A stretch of DNA of 64,000 nt from Enoplolaimus lenunculus (lineage: Eukaryota). Shown here one piece after another: positions 39,801 through 50,552 of this stretch; position 1 is the first letter of the stretch, and each line of letters opens with the position of its first letter. Made by a program: the position numbers and the translations under genes. The stretch is from NCBI GenBank assembly GCA_030248215.1, contig JASANG010000621.1:186001-250000 (forward strand). The letters are read 5' to 3'. The notes under the pieces are model-generated. The model saw only the letters and a program-made list of their open reading frames with translations, did no database searches and was not told the DNA's origin.

Positions 39801-42800
39801 AAATGGAAAAACGGTACAGCTGCCAATTTTCACTGGGAAAACGGTACAGTTGCAAATTTTCCATGACAAAACGGGATAATGGGAGAGACAGGCATGTTTC
39901 GAGCAAATCGGAAAACGGAACACAATTTTTCGCTGGGAAAACAGGATAGCTTAGTTTCGGGCAAATGGGAAAACGGGACAGCTGCATATTTTCGCTGGGA
40001 GAACAGAAAAACGGAACAGGTCTGTTTCGTGCAAATTTGAAAACGAGACGGTTGCAATTATTCATTTGTATGAAACTGGTAAACGGGACAGGTTTGTTTC
40101 GGGCTGTACAATTTCGGGTAAACTGGATGCGATTGGGTTATATTCACGCCAAAATACAATTTTTCGATATAACGATATTTATTGACGATAGGCTGATAGT
40201 AAACTGAATTTTACTGAAAAAGAACAATCACACAATTTTATCGACATGAAAACAGAAACACAACGAAAACAAACAAAAAACAAGCCTTTCTTAATCTGAA
40301 TCTGTCGATGAAGCCTATTAACAACATTGACATTTTGAGAATTATGTTGCTACATAAACAAAGATAGCCTGCCCTAATTTGCATAATCCGCACGTCGTGT
40401 TCGTGAAACGACACTCCCGAGAAAAAATGTTCTCCTTCAGAAGAACAAATTTCGAAATTTTTAAACGTCAGAAACAACATCCGGGAATGGAATACCCATT
40501 CCGGATAACGACAAAGTTACCCTATCGTACGAAGAGTCCATCGGCATCCCTGCGATACCCGAGATTCTCCGTCGTCAGCGAGTAGGACACCATCCGCATG
40601 ACGGGCAAAATTGCAGCACACTGTTGATACAGCAATCGAAATCCGCGGTGATTGATGTGGAAGAGGTCGCCATCAAGCAACTGCGGATTGACGGATCCTG
40701 GCGCCGGGGCAAACGGACACCTAGCCATCTTTGACCAATTCAGGAAGTTAATCGTCGATCCAGACAAGCGGCGTTCGACCCAGCTGGAATACCCAGCAAC
40801 ATCCGGGACGTCGGGATGAGGTATGGGCCCAGAAATCAGAATGTGTGGACTCATCGGCTGACTACGAAGGAAGCGCTCCATCACCTCCCACGACTCGCGC
40901 TGCCTTGCGAAGCTCCGCTGGGCGTCGCTGATGCCACAATTGATCACCACGATATGGTAGTCCAGGATATTGATGCGAAATTGACGCACCACCTCCACCA
41001 TGTCGTCGAACCGGCCCCCCGATACCGCGAAGACGTTGCCACCGGTGATGCCCTGGACCTGTCTGGCCTGACTATCAGACAGGAGTAACACCGTCCTTTT
41101 GTATCGATGACCTGTTCCCAGAGTGCGATCGAGATAGGCAGCGCCAGTGGCCAGCTTCGGCTCCCATTTGCCCGACAGATACCGGCAGATCAATTGCGTG
41201 AGGCACATGCGTATTCGTCAAATTCCGGAAATTGCGGCTCCCCGACGGTGTCGTAGTTCGGCTGGCGATGACCCGACGACCAAATCAGCTAGTTGGTAAC
41301 CGAACACAGCACGAATCGCAACTTCGTCGGGTTCGGAAACGTCCGGACAAGCGACACGAACGCGTCCCGAAATACGTTCGACGATCGATGAGCACGCACT
41401 AGCTCGATGAGGATATCCTGCAGCACCGTTTGCGAGCGGAATACCCACTCGGGTCGCAGCGGGCGTTGTTGCGGCGAACCCACGTCTCAATCTCTTGGGG
41501 ATGATCCGCGAGACGACGGTGTTGGCGAAGGCGAGACGCCAAGTCGAACTCCCCGGACTGACGCAGCATCACATACCACCGCGTGGCCTCGATCGACGGC
41601 ATAGTGCGATCCACAAATTTGACAGACACATCAAACCTGCGATAAGGCGACAGGGGGTGCTCGTGGTTGATGTAGAAAATGTGCATTCTCCTGAAATTAA
41701 CAGTATGTTTACAGGTTTCATTCGAACAAATGTAGGCGGCAACTACTATTTTTGATTGTTGAGCGAAAAAATTGCCCGCGGCAAAACGAGTGAAATGCCC
41801 ACTCAGAGACCCTATAACTCCAGCGAACATCCAGAATCGTAATCATTGCTTCCGCCTGGCTGAGGAGCTCCGCCGGCCGCGTCCCCTGCGGACGTCGGCT
41901 CCTGCGAAAGAGCAGCCCTCCCACTGTCAAAAGTTGTTAGCTCCAGCGGAAATAACAAGCGAAGGGGCCGATTTATTAATTTTTTGTTCGATAACTGTAA
42001 AGTTACTGCGCGACAGATCCCGTCCCGGCCATAAGTTAGCCCGACTATCTTGGCTAATTTCCACTTGTTACGGGGCAAATTGTCTTTAACTACAACAACA
42101 GCACCAATGCGAGGCGATTCCTTGCTGTTGTTCCTATTTTTCACAGTTTTGGATTGGGCACGCAACTCTAAGAGATAATGGTCCCGCCAGACTTTCCAGA
42201 AGCCGTTCAGGAGGCTCTGGATTCGCTTCCATCGCAAAACCAAATCGTCCGGTGTGGTGGGTTTCGGGATGTAATCGACGCCATCGTCGCTATATTGAGG
42301 AAACCCGACCTTGGGACCCCCGATGAAATGCGACGGTGGTAATGGCGGTACCTCGGGGTCGGTGTCGGGGTAGACAAGTGGGCGAGTGTTGACTTTGCGG
42401 CCACTTCAGCGACAATCGTTTGGAGCTCAACAAAGGACACGCATCGGGAATCAAACGACTTTTTGAGGCAGGACTTCACAGCAACGACCATGCGTTCATA
42501 AAATCCCCCCATCCATGGCGACAACTCCGTGGTGAATTTCCAGGATACACCATGTGTTGCAGTAAAATCCTGCACGGTCGCATCCACTACGACGTCGCGC
42601 CACAGCTTGCCAAACATTGCATTGGCGGCGACGAACTGTTTCGCGTTGTCGGTGATGACCAATCGTGGCGAGCCATACAACGCACAAAATCGACGGAAAC
42701 CCAGCACAAATTGTTCAGCCGTCAATTGTTCGACTACTTCTAGATTCACTGCTCGACATACCGTGCACGTGAAGAGACAGACCCAAACCTTCGACGGTGG

Positions 42801-45800
42801 CTGCCCCTTTGGCCTGTCAACAGCGGACCCAGATAGTCAATGCCGACAGACGAAAAGGGTCTACATTGTTCTACTCGGAACTCTGGCAACGGCAGCATCG
42901 GTTGCTCGCGAAAGCTGCCACCATGGATGTAACGACACGTCATGTATGACTTTATCACACGCTTGACTTGCGATCGACCCGATATGATCCAGTACTTGTA
43001 CCGGACTTGCGACAACGTATGCGTCGTACCAGCGCGGCGAAGACTGCGATGGACCTCATCGATGATCAAGTCTGTGTATCGATGATTTTTGGCCATCAAC
43101 TTGGGAAACTTCGCATCGTCACCAATGTTGGCGTAATGCAACCGACCACCGCATCGAATGAATCCCTTGGGATCAATGAAAAGCTGAAGCTGTTTGTATT
43201 TCGACGGTAAGCAACATCCTGCTCTGACAGCGAAGATGTCCTGGAAGCTCGATCGATGCACTCGAAGTTCCCAAAATATCTGGGAGTGCGACAACTCTTC
43301 CACCCGGAGCAGTCCGGTTTGTTTTTGCCCACGACAATTGTTGACGAATCTGTGATCCCACGCGGTAACCCGAAGCAATTTCCTCATGCTCGAAAAATGC
43401 TCGAGCCGGAACACATCGCTGTCGTCCCCCTGCGTTGTCTCGACTGGTCGACCAAGGCGCTCTTGCTCTTCGGCGTCGACGTCGTTGAGCAACACCGTTG
43501 TGCCATCAATGTTTTCCGGGCCACTCGGTTTCGGTGATCAACCATGGTGGCCCATTCCACCATAGCGCATTGCTGGCTAGCTGATCGATGTGACAGCCAC
43601 GTGACGATAGATCCGCAGGGTTGCATGCGGTTGGAACGTACCGGAACACGATGTCCCCATGTGAGTTGATTTCGTCGATGCGATTCTTCACAAACCGAGT
43701 CGTGATGACCTCTTTACGCTGCCAGTGTAATACACACTGCGAATCGCTCCAGAGAACCTTCTTCTCCACCGGCAACCGTAGCTCCTTAGCGACAAACTGG
43801 ATCACACGCGTTCCAATTAACATCGACATCAATTCCAGCGTTGAAATTGACAAAGGCTTGATCGGTGCCACGCGTGATTTCGCAAAGACGAGCTTCGACG
43901 ACACCCGACCATAAACGGCAACACGTAGATACACCACGGCCGCATACGCTTTGGCAGACGCATCACAGAAGACGTGAAGTTTGCGCGACGAGGCAGGAAT
44001 ACCACTGCCTGGATCTACACGCCGATGGATCTCGTTGTCGGCGACTCCTTGCAAACTTGCAGCAACCTCTCGCCATTGGTCAACCGTCGAATCAGGTAGC
44101 TTGTTATCCCAGCCAAGCTTGTCATGCCACAGCTGCTGGATTATAAGCTTGCCAACTACGGTAACAGGCGAAAAGAAACCGCATGGGTCGAAAACGCTAG
44201 CCAAACATTTCAGCATCACCCGCTTGGTGACAACCGTTTCGCTCGCGGCACTGAATGACGTGCAGCACAACAAGTCCCGCTTGGTATCCCATCGGAGGCC
44301 GAGCACTTTCGTCGTGTCCGTTTTCCCTCGATCGACAGTATCGACGGAGTCAACAAACTGCTGACTGTTGCTATACCACTCGCGAAGGTTCATGGCAGCA
44401 TCGTTAAAAAGCGTCTTGGCGTCGCGGTAGAACGTCTTTGCTTCAACATCGTCCGCATACACCAATGATGACGTTATCGATGTAAATATTGCCCAAAATT
44501 ACCTGGGCCGCGGCCAACAAGGAATGCTGCAGATGGTGCTGCACCACAGCCGCCAGCAAAAATGGACTCGCCACGTCACCGAAAAATACCCGAGCAAAGC
44601 GAAAAACGACGCCACGAGCAGGTCGCTCGAGATCGTTGATCCACAAGAATCGTGCGACATCCCGAGAATCTGCATTCAGACCGACCTGTAGAAACGCCCT
44701 TTCGATATCACTGACGAGTGCAACTGCGTGTAGACGAAATCGGATCAACAACCCGCACAGATCATCGAGGAATACCGGCCCCCGGTACATGCAATCATTA
44801 AGACTGGGGCTGGATTTCGAAGCCTTTGCAGAGGCGTCATACACAATGCGGACCTTCGTGGTTGATTTGCCAGGAGTGACGACCGCATGATGCGGAACAT
44901 AGTGGACTGGAAACGAACTTCCACCTGCTGGAACTCGTTCGATGACGCCCTTCGCCTCTTGATCGAGAAACGTCTGGTTGTACGCATCAAACAATGCCTT
45001 GTCGGCCGCAAAGCGCTTCAAAGTCGACGACAGACGCATCGACGCAAGAGTGTGGTTATCGAGAACGTCGGAGCGTTCGGCTTCATAGGCCAGGACTCGG
45101 AATACCGGCCGTCAACACGCTGGATAGACTCATTGAACAATCGCATTGCTTCTTCGTCGTCATTCGTCGTCGACGGTGGTTTCACTCCGATGTCTTCCAG
45201 ACTCCAGAAGCGCTCTACGGCAACATTAGAATCGACACTTGCCGCGATATGCATGGTTGCGACACACTGCTTGCTGGGAATACCGCCAGCATCGATTCTT
45301 CCAGCCGCGATGAACCCCAGAGACGACTGCAAGAAGTTGAGCCCATCGACGCATTGGACTCGCGACGTCCCAACAAAGTCATAGTAGTAGTCAATGCCTA
45401 CTAAGATGTCAACCGGAACTAATTCAGACCGCTTGCTAGCGGTATCGGCCAACAAAAGTTGTTTCAGCATCGGATACTTCGCCGGATCCAACGCCACCTT
45501 CTGAATCGGACACGAAATCTCTTCGATGACATTTGCAGTCAGCGTCTTCGACGATCCGTCAGCCAAAACAACGTCAAACTCGACGATGTTGCACTTGCTG
45601 GTGCGTCTCTGCGTGTCAGAAAATCCGGCGGTCGATATATACTCGGACCCTTTCGGGCGAGCACCAATCGCCTTGGCGAGCACCAATCGCCTTGGCGAGC
45701 ACCAATCGCCTTGGCGACACGTGCGGCGACAAAAGTACGGGAGCAACCCGTATCGAATAACATACGCGCCTTGGCGGACTGATTCCCTCGAACCGTTGCG

Positions 45801-48332
45801 AAAGGTGTTTGTAAAACGACCTGTTCGCCGTGCGAAAGCAACGAGGTGTTCACCGGAGTCGCGGGAGCAACGTGCGGCGACGGTGCGGCCTCTCCCGACA
45901 ACATCGAACTCTCCGACTTCGCGATGGCCGACTTCGATCCGAATTTCGACAAACACAAGCTACGATGATGACCTAACTTTTTGCAGTAGACGCAAGCGCG
46001 GGAATTGCAACAGTTCTTGACGACGTGGCCATTGCTGAGACAAATAAAGCAACGTCCATTCAACATCTTTCGACGAGAACACACCGACGGATGCGTCTGG
46101 CACTGGTCACTGTAGTGGGAATCCCCACAAATGATGCACTTGGGACCCGCTGACGAGTTGTTCTCCGCGTTGTTGTGGGGGAGGGACGCCGAACTAAAAT
46201 ACGATTTTCCCTGCGAAAATCGATTCTGCTGCTTGTGGCCGTTACCGCCGTGATGATCACGAGTGGGCCCTGCCCGATCACCGGAAGCGCCTGGGCCAAA
46301 CGTACGCTGGCTCCAATCCCGAGCCCGAATCTCATCCTTCAACAACGTGCGGAGACTATTCAACGTCCATGGCTCCGATCCGTGCTTGCGGTACAACTCC
46401 ATCTTGACGAACTGTGGCATCGCCTCGAAATGGGCGAAAATCGCCAACTGTTTGTTGCCATAACGCTCCGTCAACACATCAACAACGACTGAGTAGTTTT
46501 CCGCCGTCAGGCGGTACCCATCCACCACCCGCAGGGCGTCCCCCGCCAAAAAACCCCGCAAATATTTGAGTTTGTCTACTGATGAAAGCTCGGAGTGGTC
46601 GTGGATAGTGGACGGAAAACTGTCCCAAAACTCGTCCCATTTCAAAGGATCCCCCGAAAATTTCCTGATTTCCAACTTAGCTTAACCGAAGCCCCATGCC
46701 CCGCGTTGATAGATGAATTCGACGATGAATTGTGAGCTGCCTCGGGGGGATGCGTTGTGGAGCTGGATGCAGAAGTAGAGAGCTTAGTAGTAAGCTTAGC
46801 GACTGTATCTAGAATTTTCTCATCGATTTCAGACGCTTTTTCGATGTCTTCAGCTATGGCCGCCTCCGTATCTAGCGACAAGCCGATGTCCTCGTTAGGC
46901 GTTTTCAGCCTAGTGCGATAATCATTGAGCTTAGTAACGCAAGTTTGAGCCGCCTCGATATCGATTGGGCCTACCCGGCTGAAATAGACTCAACCCGTTT
47001 GACATCCTTGGTGACATTGGCTCGAAGTGCACCCCTTTGGTGCACGCGAAGACTTGCCTTTGCTGAAGCCATTTACCCAAAACAAATCGGCTGACGTTTG
47101 TTATAGGGTGGGTGATGACGCAGTCTCCCAAATACTGGGAGGGGAAACTATCAGACGGAGATCCGCGTCATTATCAACCGGCAAAAAGTTCCCGCTACCA
47201 GAAAACCTGCCAATAGTCCAATAACAGTGAGAAACTCACCCTGTAATCCCGGCCGACAACACGAAAAAATTCAACCGTAGGTCATTGGTTCGAATCCGGT
47301 CCGAAGGACCATGTACAATTTCGGGTAAACTGGATGCGACTGGGTTATATTCACGCCAAAAATATAATTGTTCGATATAACGATATTTGTTGACGATAGG
47401 CTGATAGTAAACTGAATTTTACTGCAAAAGAACAATCACACAATTTTAACATACAAAAACAAGCCTTTCTTAAGCTGAATCTGCCGATGAAACCTACTAA
47501 CAACATTGACATTTTGAGAATTATGATGCTACATAAACAAAGATAGCCTGCCCTAATTTGCATAATCCGCACGTCGTGTTCGTGAAACGACACGGGCAAA
47601 TGGGACAGCTGCAATATTTCGCTATGAACACGGAAAAACGGAATACGTGTTTCAGACAAATGGGAAAACGGGACAGCTGCAAATTTTCGCTGGGAAAACG
47701 GGACAGAAGGGTGCAACCAGAGATGAAAAATAGGGTGCAACCAGAGATGAAAAATATCGGAGTCGGAGGTTAACGAAAATGGTTAATTAATAATTTTAGC
47801 CAACATATGCAATGTGTTACTAAAGTTCTTTGATTTTACGCTAGTTTTCGGCGAACTTTCGAAAATTTTTTCCTGAAAAATGTGACAGACGTAAAACGAA
47901 ACACGCTAAAGATAAATTTTGCAAAAATTATGCAAAAATATTACGACCTGCCGAAACCTCCGGCAAAAATTCTACCGGAGCCAAAGCCGGAGGCCGATTT
48001 TCTGCGGAGCCGGATTTACACCTCCGGTTGTACCCTGCTGTATATATTGTCAATTTGTCCTATCACTATTATAGCCCGTGCCAAATCGAAACAATTCTGC
48101 TTGTACTGGATCAAAAAGTTTGGTCAAATTTGATGATAGTGAAGATGATTTCAGCGGATTTGGCCCGCAATCCAATTCAGATCTAAAGCCACCACCGCGA
48201 CCCGATGATGATTTGAGTTTCGAACTTGGCAGCGGATTCGACCCAGAAATGAAATCGGACGCCGACAAGCCTTGTTTTGTTTCGGACGATGAAGATTGCA
48301 TACATCTACCTGCCGAATTTCAACACACATGA
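36869..48332 (+). CDS. Putative small acidic secreted protein (2 exons, ~112 aa) whose ~11-kb intron holds the satellite and the retrotransposon
   Basis: Exon 36869-36949 MTCTALSLLLCAFCIAISHAYPGLLQH|GTAAGT (phase 0). Acceptor TTATAG|48075 is in phase 0 with the ORF ending at 48332 (PVPNRNNSAC...DDSEDDFSGFG...ELGSGFD...FQHT*). Joining the two exons is an inference. Confidence 0.5.
37925..40104. repeat. Minisatellite of ~30-bp GAAAACGGGACAG-based monomers, with a 555-bp higher-order unit present ~3 times (~38054-39735); resumes at 47593-47707
   Basis: The ORF track gives identical translations at 555-bp offsets (38129/38684/39239). Monomers GAAAACGGGACAGCTGCAAATTTTCGCTG and GAAAACGGGACAGG...TGTTTCGGGCAAATGG. 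Confidence 0.92.
40105..40413 (-). repeat. 3' LTR (309 bp)
   Basis: TGTACAATTTCGGGTAAAC...GTTCGTGAAACGACA; direct repeat of 47312-47592 with ~28 extra bp; short purine run (CGGGAG on minus) adjacent. Confidence 0.93.
40522..41208 (-). CDS. SGNH/GDSL-hydrolase-like ORF (228 aa) between integrase and 3' LTR
   Basis: Block I VLLLSDSQ, block II AVSGG, block III VVINCGISD, ILISGPIP and block V DGDLFHINHRG, in canonical order and spacing. Confidence 0.78.
   Translation of the reverse strand: MCLTQLICRYLSGKWEPKLATGAAYLDRTLGTGHRYKRTVLLLSDSQARQVQGITGGNVFAVSGGRFDDMVEVVRQFRINILDYHIVVINCGISDAQRSFARQRESWEVMERFLRSQPMSPHILISGPIPHPDVPDVAGYSSWVERRLSGSTINFLNWSKMARCPFAPAPGSVNPQLLDGDLFHINHRGFRLLYQQCAAILPVMRMVSYSLTTENLGYRRDADGLFVR
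41812..46930 (-). pseudogene. BEL/Pao gag-pol, broken into several ORFs
   Basis: Gag KFSGDPLKWDEFWDSF; knuckles CIICGDSHYSDQC, CFICLSNGHVVKNC, CVYCKKLGHHRSLC; protease LFDTGC; RT HYVPHHAV, SDIERAFLQV, YIDN; RNase H HVFCDASAKAYAAVVY; integrase GIDYLGP, TDNAKQF, GGFYERMV; C-terminal FWKVWRDHYLLELR...RPLRLLFPLEL. The 5' boundary is approximate. Confidence 0.92.
47275..47311 (-). promoter_or_regulatory. Primer-binding site complementary to the tRNA-Tyr 3' end (extended, ~37 nt)
   Basis: Minus-strand TGGTCCTTCGGACCGGATTCGAACCAATGACCTACGG immediately follows the 5' LTR. Confidence 0.85.
47312..47592 (-). repeat. 5' LTR (281 bp)
   Basis: Direct repeat of 40105-40413, followed by TSD CGGGC and resumed satellite. 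Confidence 0.93.
47708..48037. mobile_element. hAT-like MITE (AGGGTGCAACC family) with a duplicated left end
   Basis: AGGGTGCAACCAGAGATGAAAAAT twice...CTCCGGTTGTACCCTG. Confidence 0.65.
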
Positions 48333-48380
48333 TCTGATTGCAAAGTTTTTTCAAATTGTCAGTTTTAAACGTTCTTACTA

Positions 48381-48630
48381 AAGTGACCCGAATAAGAGGG
48401 AGGCCTTATATTTATTTCGCCTTTCCAGAGTGTCTGCCTGCCTTCATTACTGATATATATCCTATACTGCAGTTATCTGTTGAATTTAACGTTTGTCTTG
48501 TACCAGATGCTTGGAGCGATAATGCAAGGTTACTTACGAAGAAAGGTAGATTTAAAACTAAAGTACTTATGCTTTAAAGTTTCGAACTCAACTTTATTTG
48601 GGCAATCCCCGTCTTTTATTCGGTTCACTA
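48381..48630. mobile_element. MITE of the 13208-13649 family
   Basis: AGTGACCCGAATAAGAG...TTTTATTCGGTTCACTA plus the shared core. Confidence 0.65.
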
Positions 48631-49577
48631 CAGGAGACAATATTTTGTAGAAATAAAATTAACAAGTTCAACATCAATTTTTTTACTTAAGCAATTTTAC
48701 TTTAAACTTAGGTTTACTTCGTTCCCGCAAAATTTGTTGACCTCCTGCTCCGGATTTTTTCACTCTCCCCCCTTCGTTAACACAGGTATACAGTTTTTAT
48801 TCATAGTGCTGACTATTATAGGTTCATGTATAGATCAGGGGCGTATCGTTTTTCCTTAGGCGTTGTAATGCTTAGCTTAAGCGTCGAAATATGCTTAATA
48901 CTGCTGTTACGGCCCTGTTCTTTACATTGGCCCAGTTATAAATTAGAAATATGTTCAAATCAGAAAATATATATGCAAAAAGTATAGAAGCTATAAAAGT
49001 CAAATGTAGAATCAAATTTAACCTACAGTAAAATTGCACTTTTTGTAGGAACAAAAATAGTAATCCTGTACCTACATAAGTATTATAAAAAATACCGCTA
49101 TGAACAAATCGTTGCTTATATTTACTACTTAAATTCCGAAAAACGTACTCATAAAATATAGTCGTTTAAAAGTCGAAAAAACTCGTTTACTACATCAGAC
49201 CTTCAAGTTCCGGATCACTAATTGTAGCAGAATCATATGAACACAATAGTGTTCACGTAAGTATATGGTTCGCGCATCTTAAGTGCTTGTACTCGTCATA
49301 TCTGACCTCTTTCCTTTAAATTTTGTACACTGGTAACCTGGTACATGGGGAATATTTGTGCCAAAGGATTTGCCAAATGAATGCGTTTACAGTAGTTACG
49401 GTTAAAAAACTCCTAATAAAAAGTGCAAGAAATTTTTCATTTTGGTTCAAAAGTTTTTAACCGTTATCTATGTAATTTTACGGTTAACTCTATAGGTGCA
49501 CTTTATAGAGCTTACTGTCGGGTTCACCCCAAAAGTTTTCACGCCAACGGTTGGTTTCACCCCAACGGTTAGAACTA

Positions 49578-50279
49578 AACCATCACATTCGTTTGATGTA
49601 TCCCGGAAAAATATTTAGGAACAATGGCGTCCGAAACCATGTTAACTAAAGAGTCTTCGGAAAGACCAGCACATTCGTTTGATGTATTGTGGAAAATATT
49701 AAGGAACAATGGCGTCCGAAACCATGTTATCTAATTAGTCTTCGGAACCATATTGCGGACAGCAAAATTTCTGTATTTTTCTTTTTGTAAGAAGCAGATG
49801 TTTTGCTTGAACGCAGAGCAAAATAATTTCTTATATGTAGAAAGATTTAGCTTGGAATCCAAGAATGTATATTGAAGTTTTCTCATTTACATAGCTAATT
49901 GAATTTCATTAGAACGTTGTCTGGCGACATAATTTTTGAGTTAGAGTTCTGATGATCAATTTTGTTAGATAATTTCTTAAACAAGGCGTTAACACAAAAC
50001 GATTTAAAATTGATGCGTTGAAAACGGCTCAACTTAAGCGACGTTTGACTCTACTCAATTTTTGTCCTTAGTGATAAAACAAGTTTACAGGTAGAAAAGT
50101 TCTATAAATGCGTATTTTCCAGCCGAGTTATTTGTTTCACTACAGAGTCACGACTATAATATTAGAAACAGATTTGCTGTCCGCAATATGTTTCAGAAGA
50201 ATTAATAGTAAAACAGGTTTTGGACGCCACTGTTTCTTAATATTTTCCAGGTTACATCAAACGAATGTGCTGGTCTAGT
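49578..50279. mobile_element. Foldback/MITE with ~110-bp TIRs and a tandemly duplicated left arm
   Basis: CACATTCGTTTGATGTA...GGCGTCCGAAACC occurs twice, then ATATTGCGGACAGCAAA; the inverse TTTGCTGTCCGCAATAT...TACATCAAACGAATGTG is at ~50173-50269. Confidence 0.72.
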
Positions 50280-50552
50280 TACTATCCTTTTAATAGGAAT
50301 ATGAAACATACCCCGTGTTGCCCAAGTGCTAACCAATTTTTTCTACTACTTCTCTTTAAAACAGTATCTGAATGTGATAGTATACAAAAACCAAAGCCCA
50401 ATACGCGATTTCATCCGGTTACTAGTAACAAAAATCTGCTAAACTAGGCGGCAAAAACAAATCCTTCTTTTACCGAACCCAACTACTGACAGACACATAC
50501 TGAGCTGCAAACAAGCATTACTATTATTAACTATAATAAGATAGAGAATGAA

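Larger units (their letters stand above)
40105..47592 (-). mobile_element. Full-length, frameshifted BEL/Pao LTR retrotransposon
   Basis: TG...CA LTRs at 40105-40413 and 47312-47592; TSD CGGGC at 40100-40104 and 47593-47597; tRNA-Tyr-type PBS; domain order gag-protease-RT-RNase H-integrase with three Cys-His knuckles. Confidence 0.95.

Noticed and set aside
37925..40104. CRISPR-like periodicity of ~30-bp repeats
   Set aside because: The intervening sequences are themselves repeated, there are no cas genes, and the context is eukaryotic.
37802..40207. Many overlapping repetitive ORFs (WENGT.../SRFPIC...)
   Set aside because: By-products of a stop-poor satellite, open in several frames on both strands.
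42420..46492. Plus-strand ORFs antisense to gag-pol
   Set aside because: Expected shadow ORFs in GC-rich coding sequence; no motifs.
47275..47311. Possible tRNA-Tyr gene
   Set aside because: Only the 3' half is present, with encoded CCA, abutting the LTR; it is the PBS.
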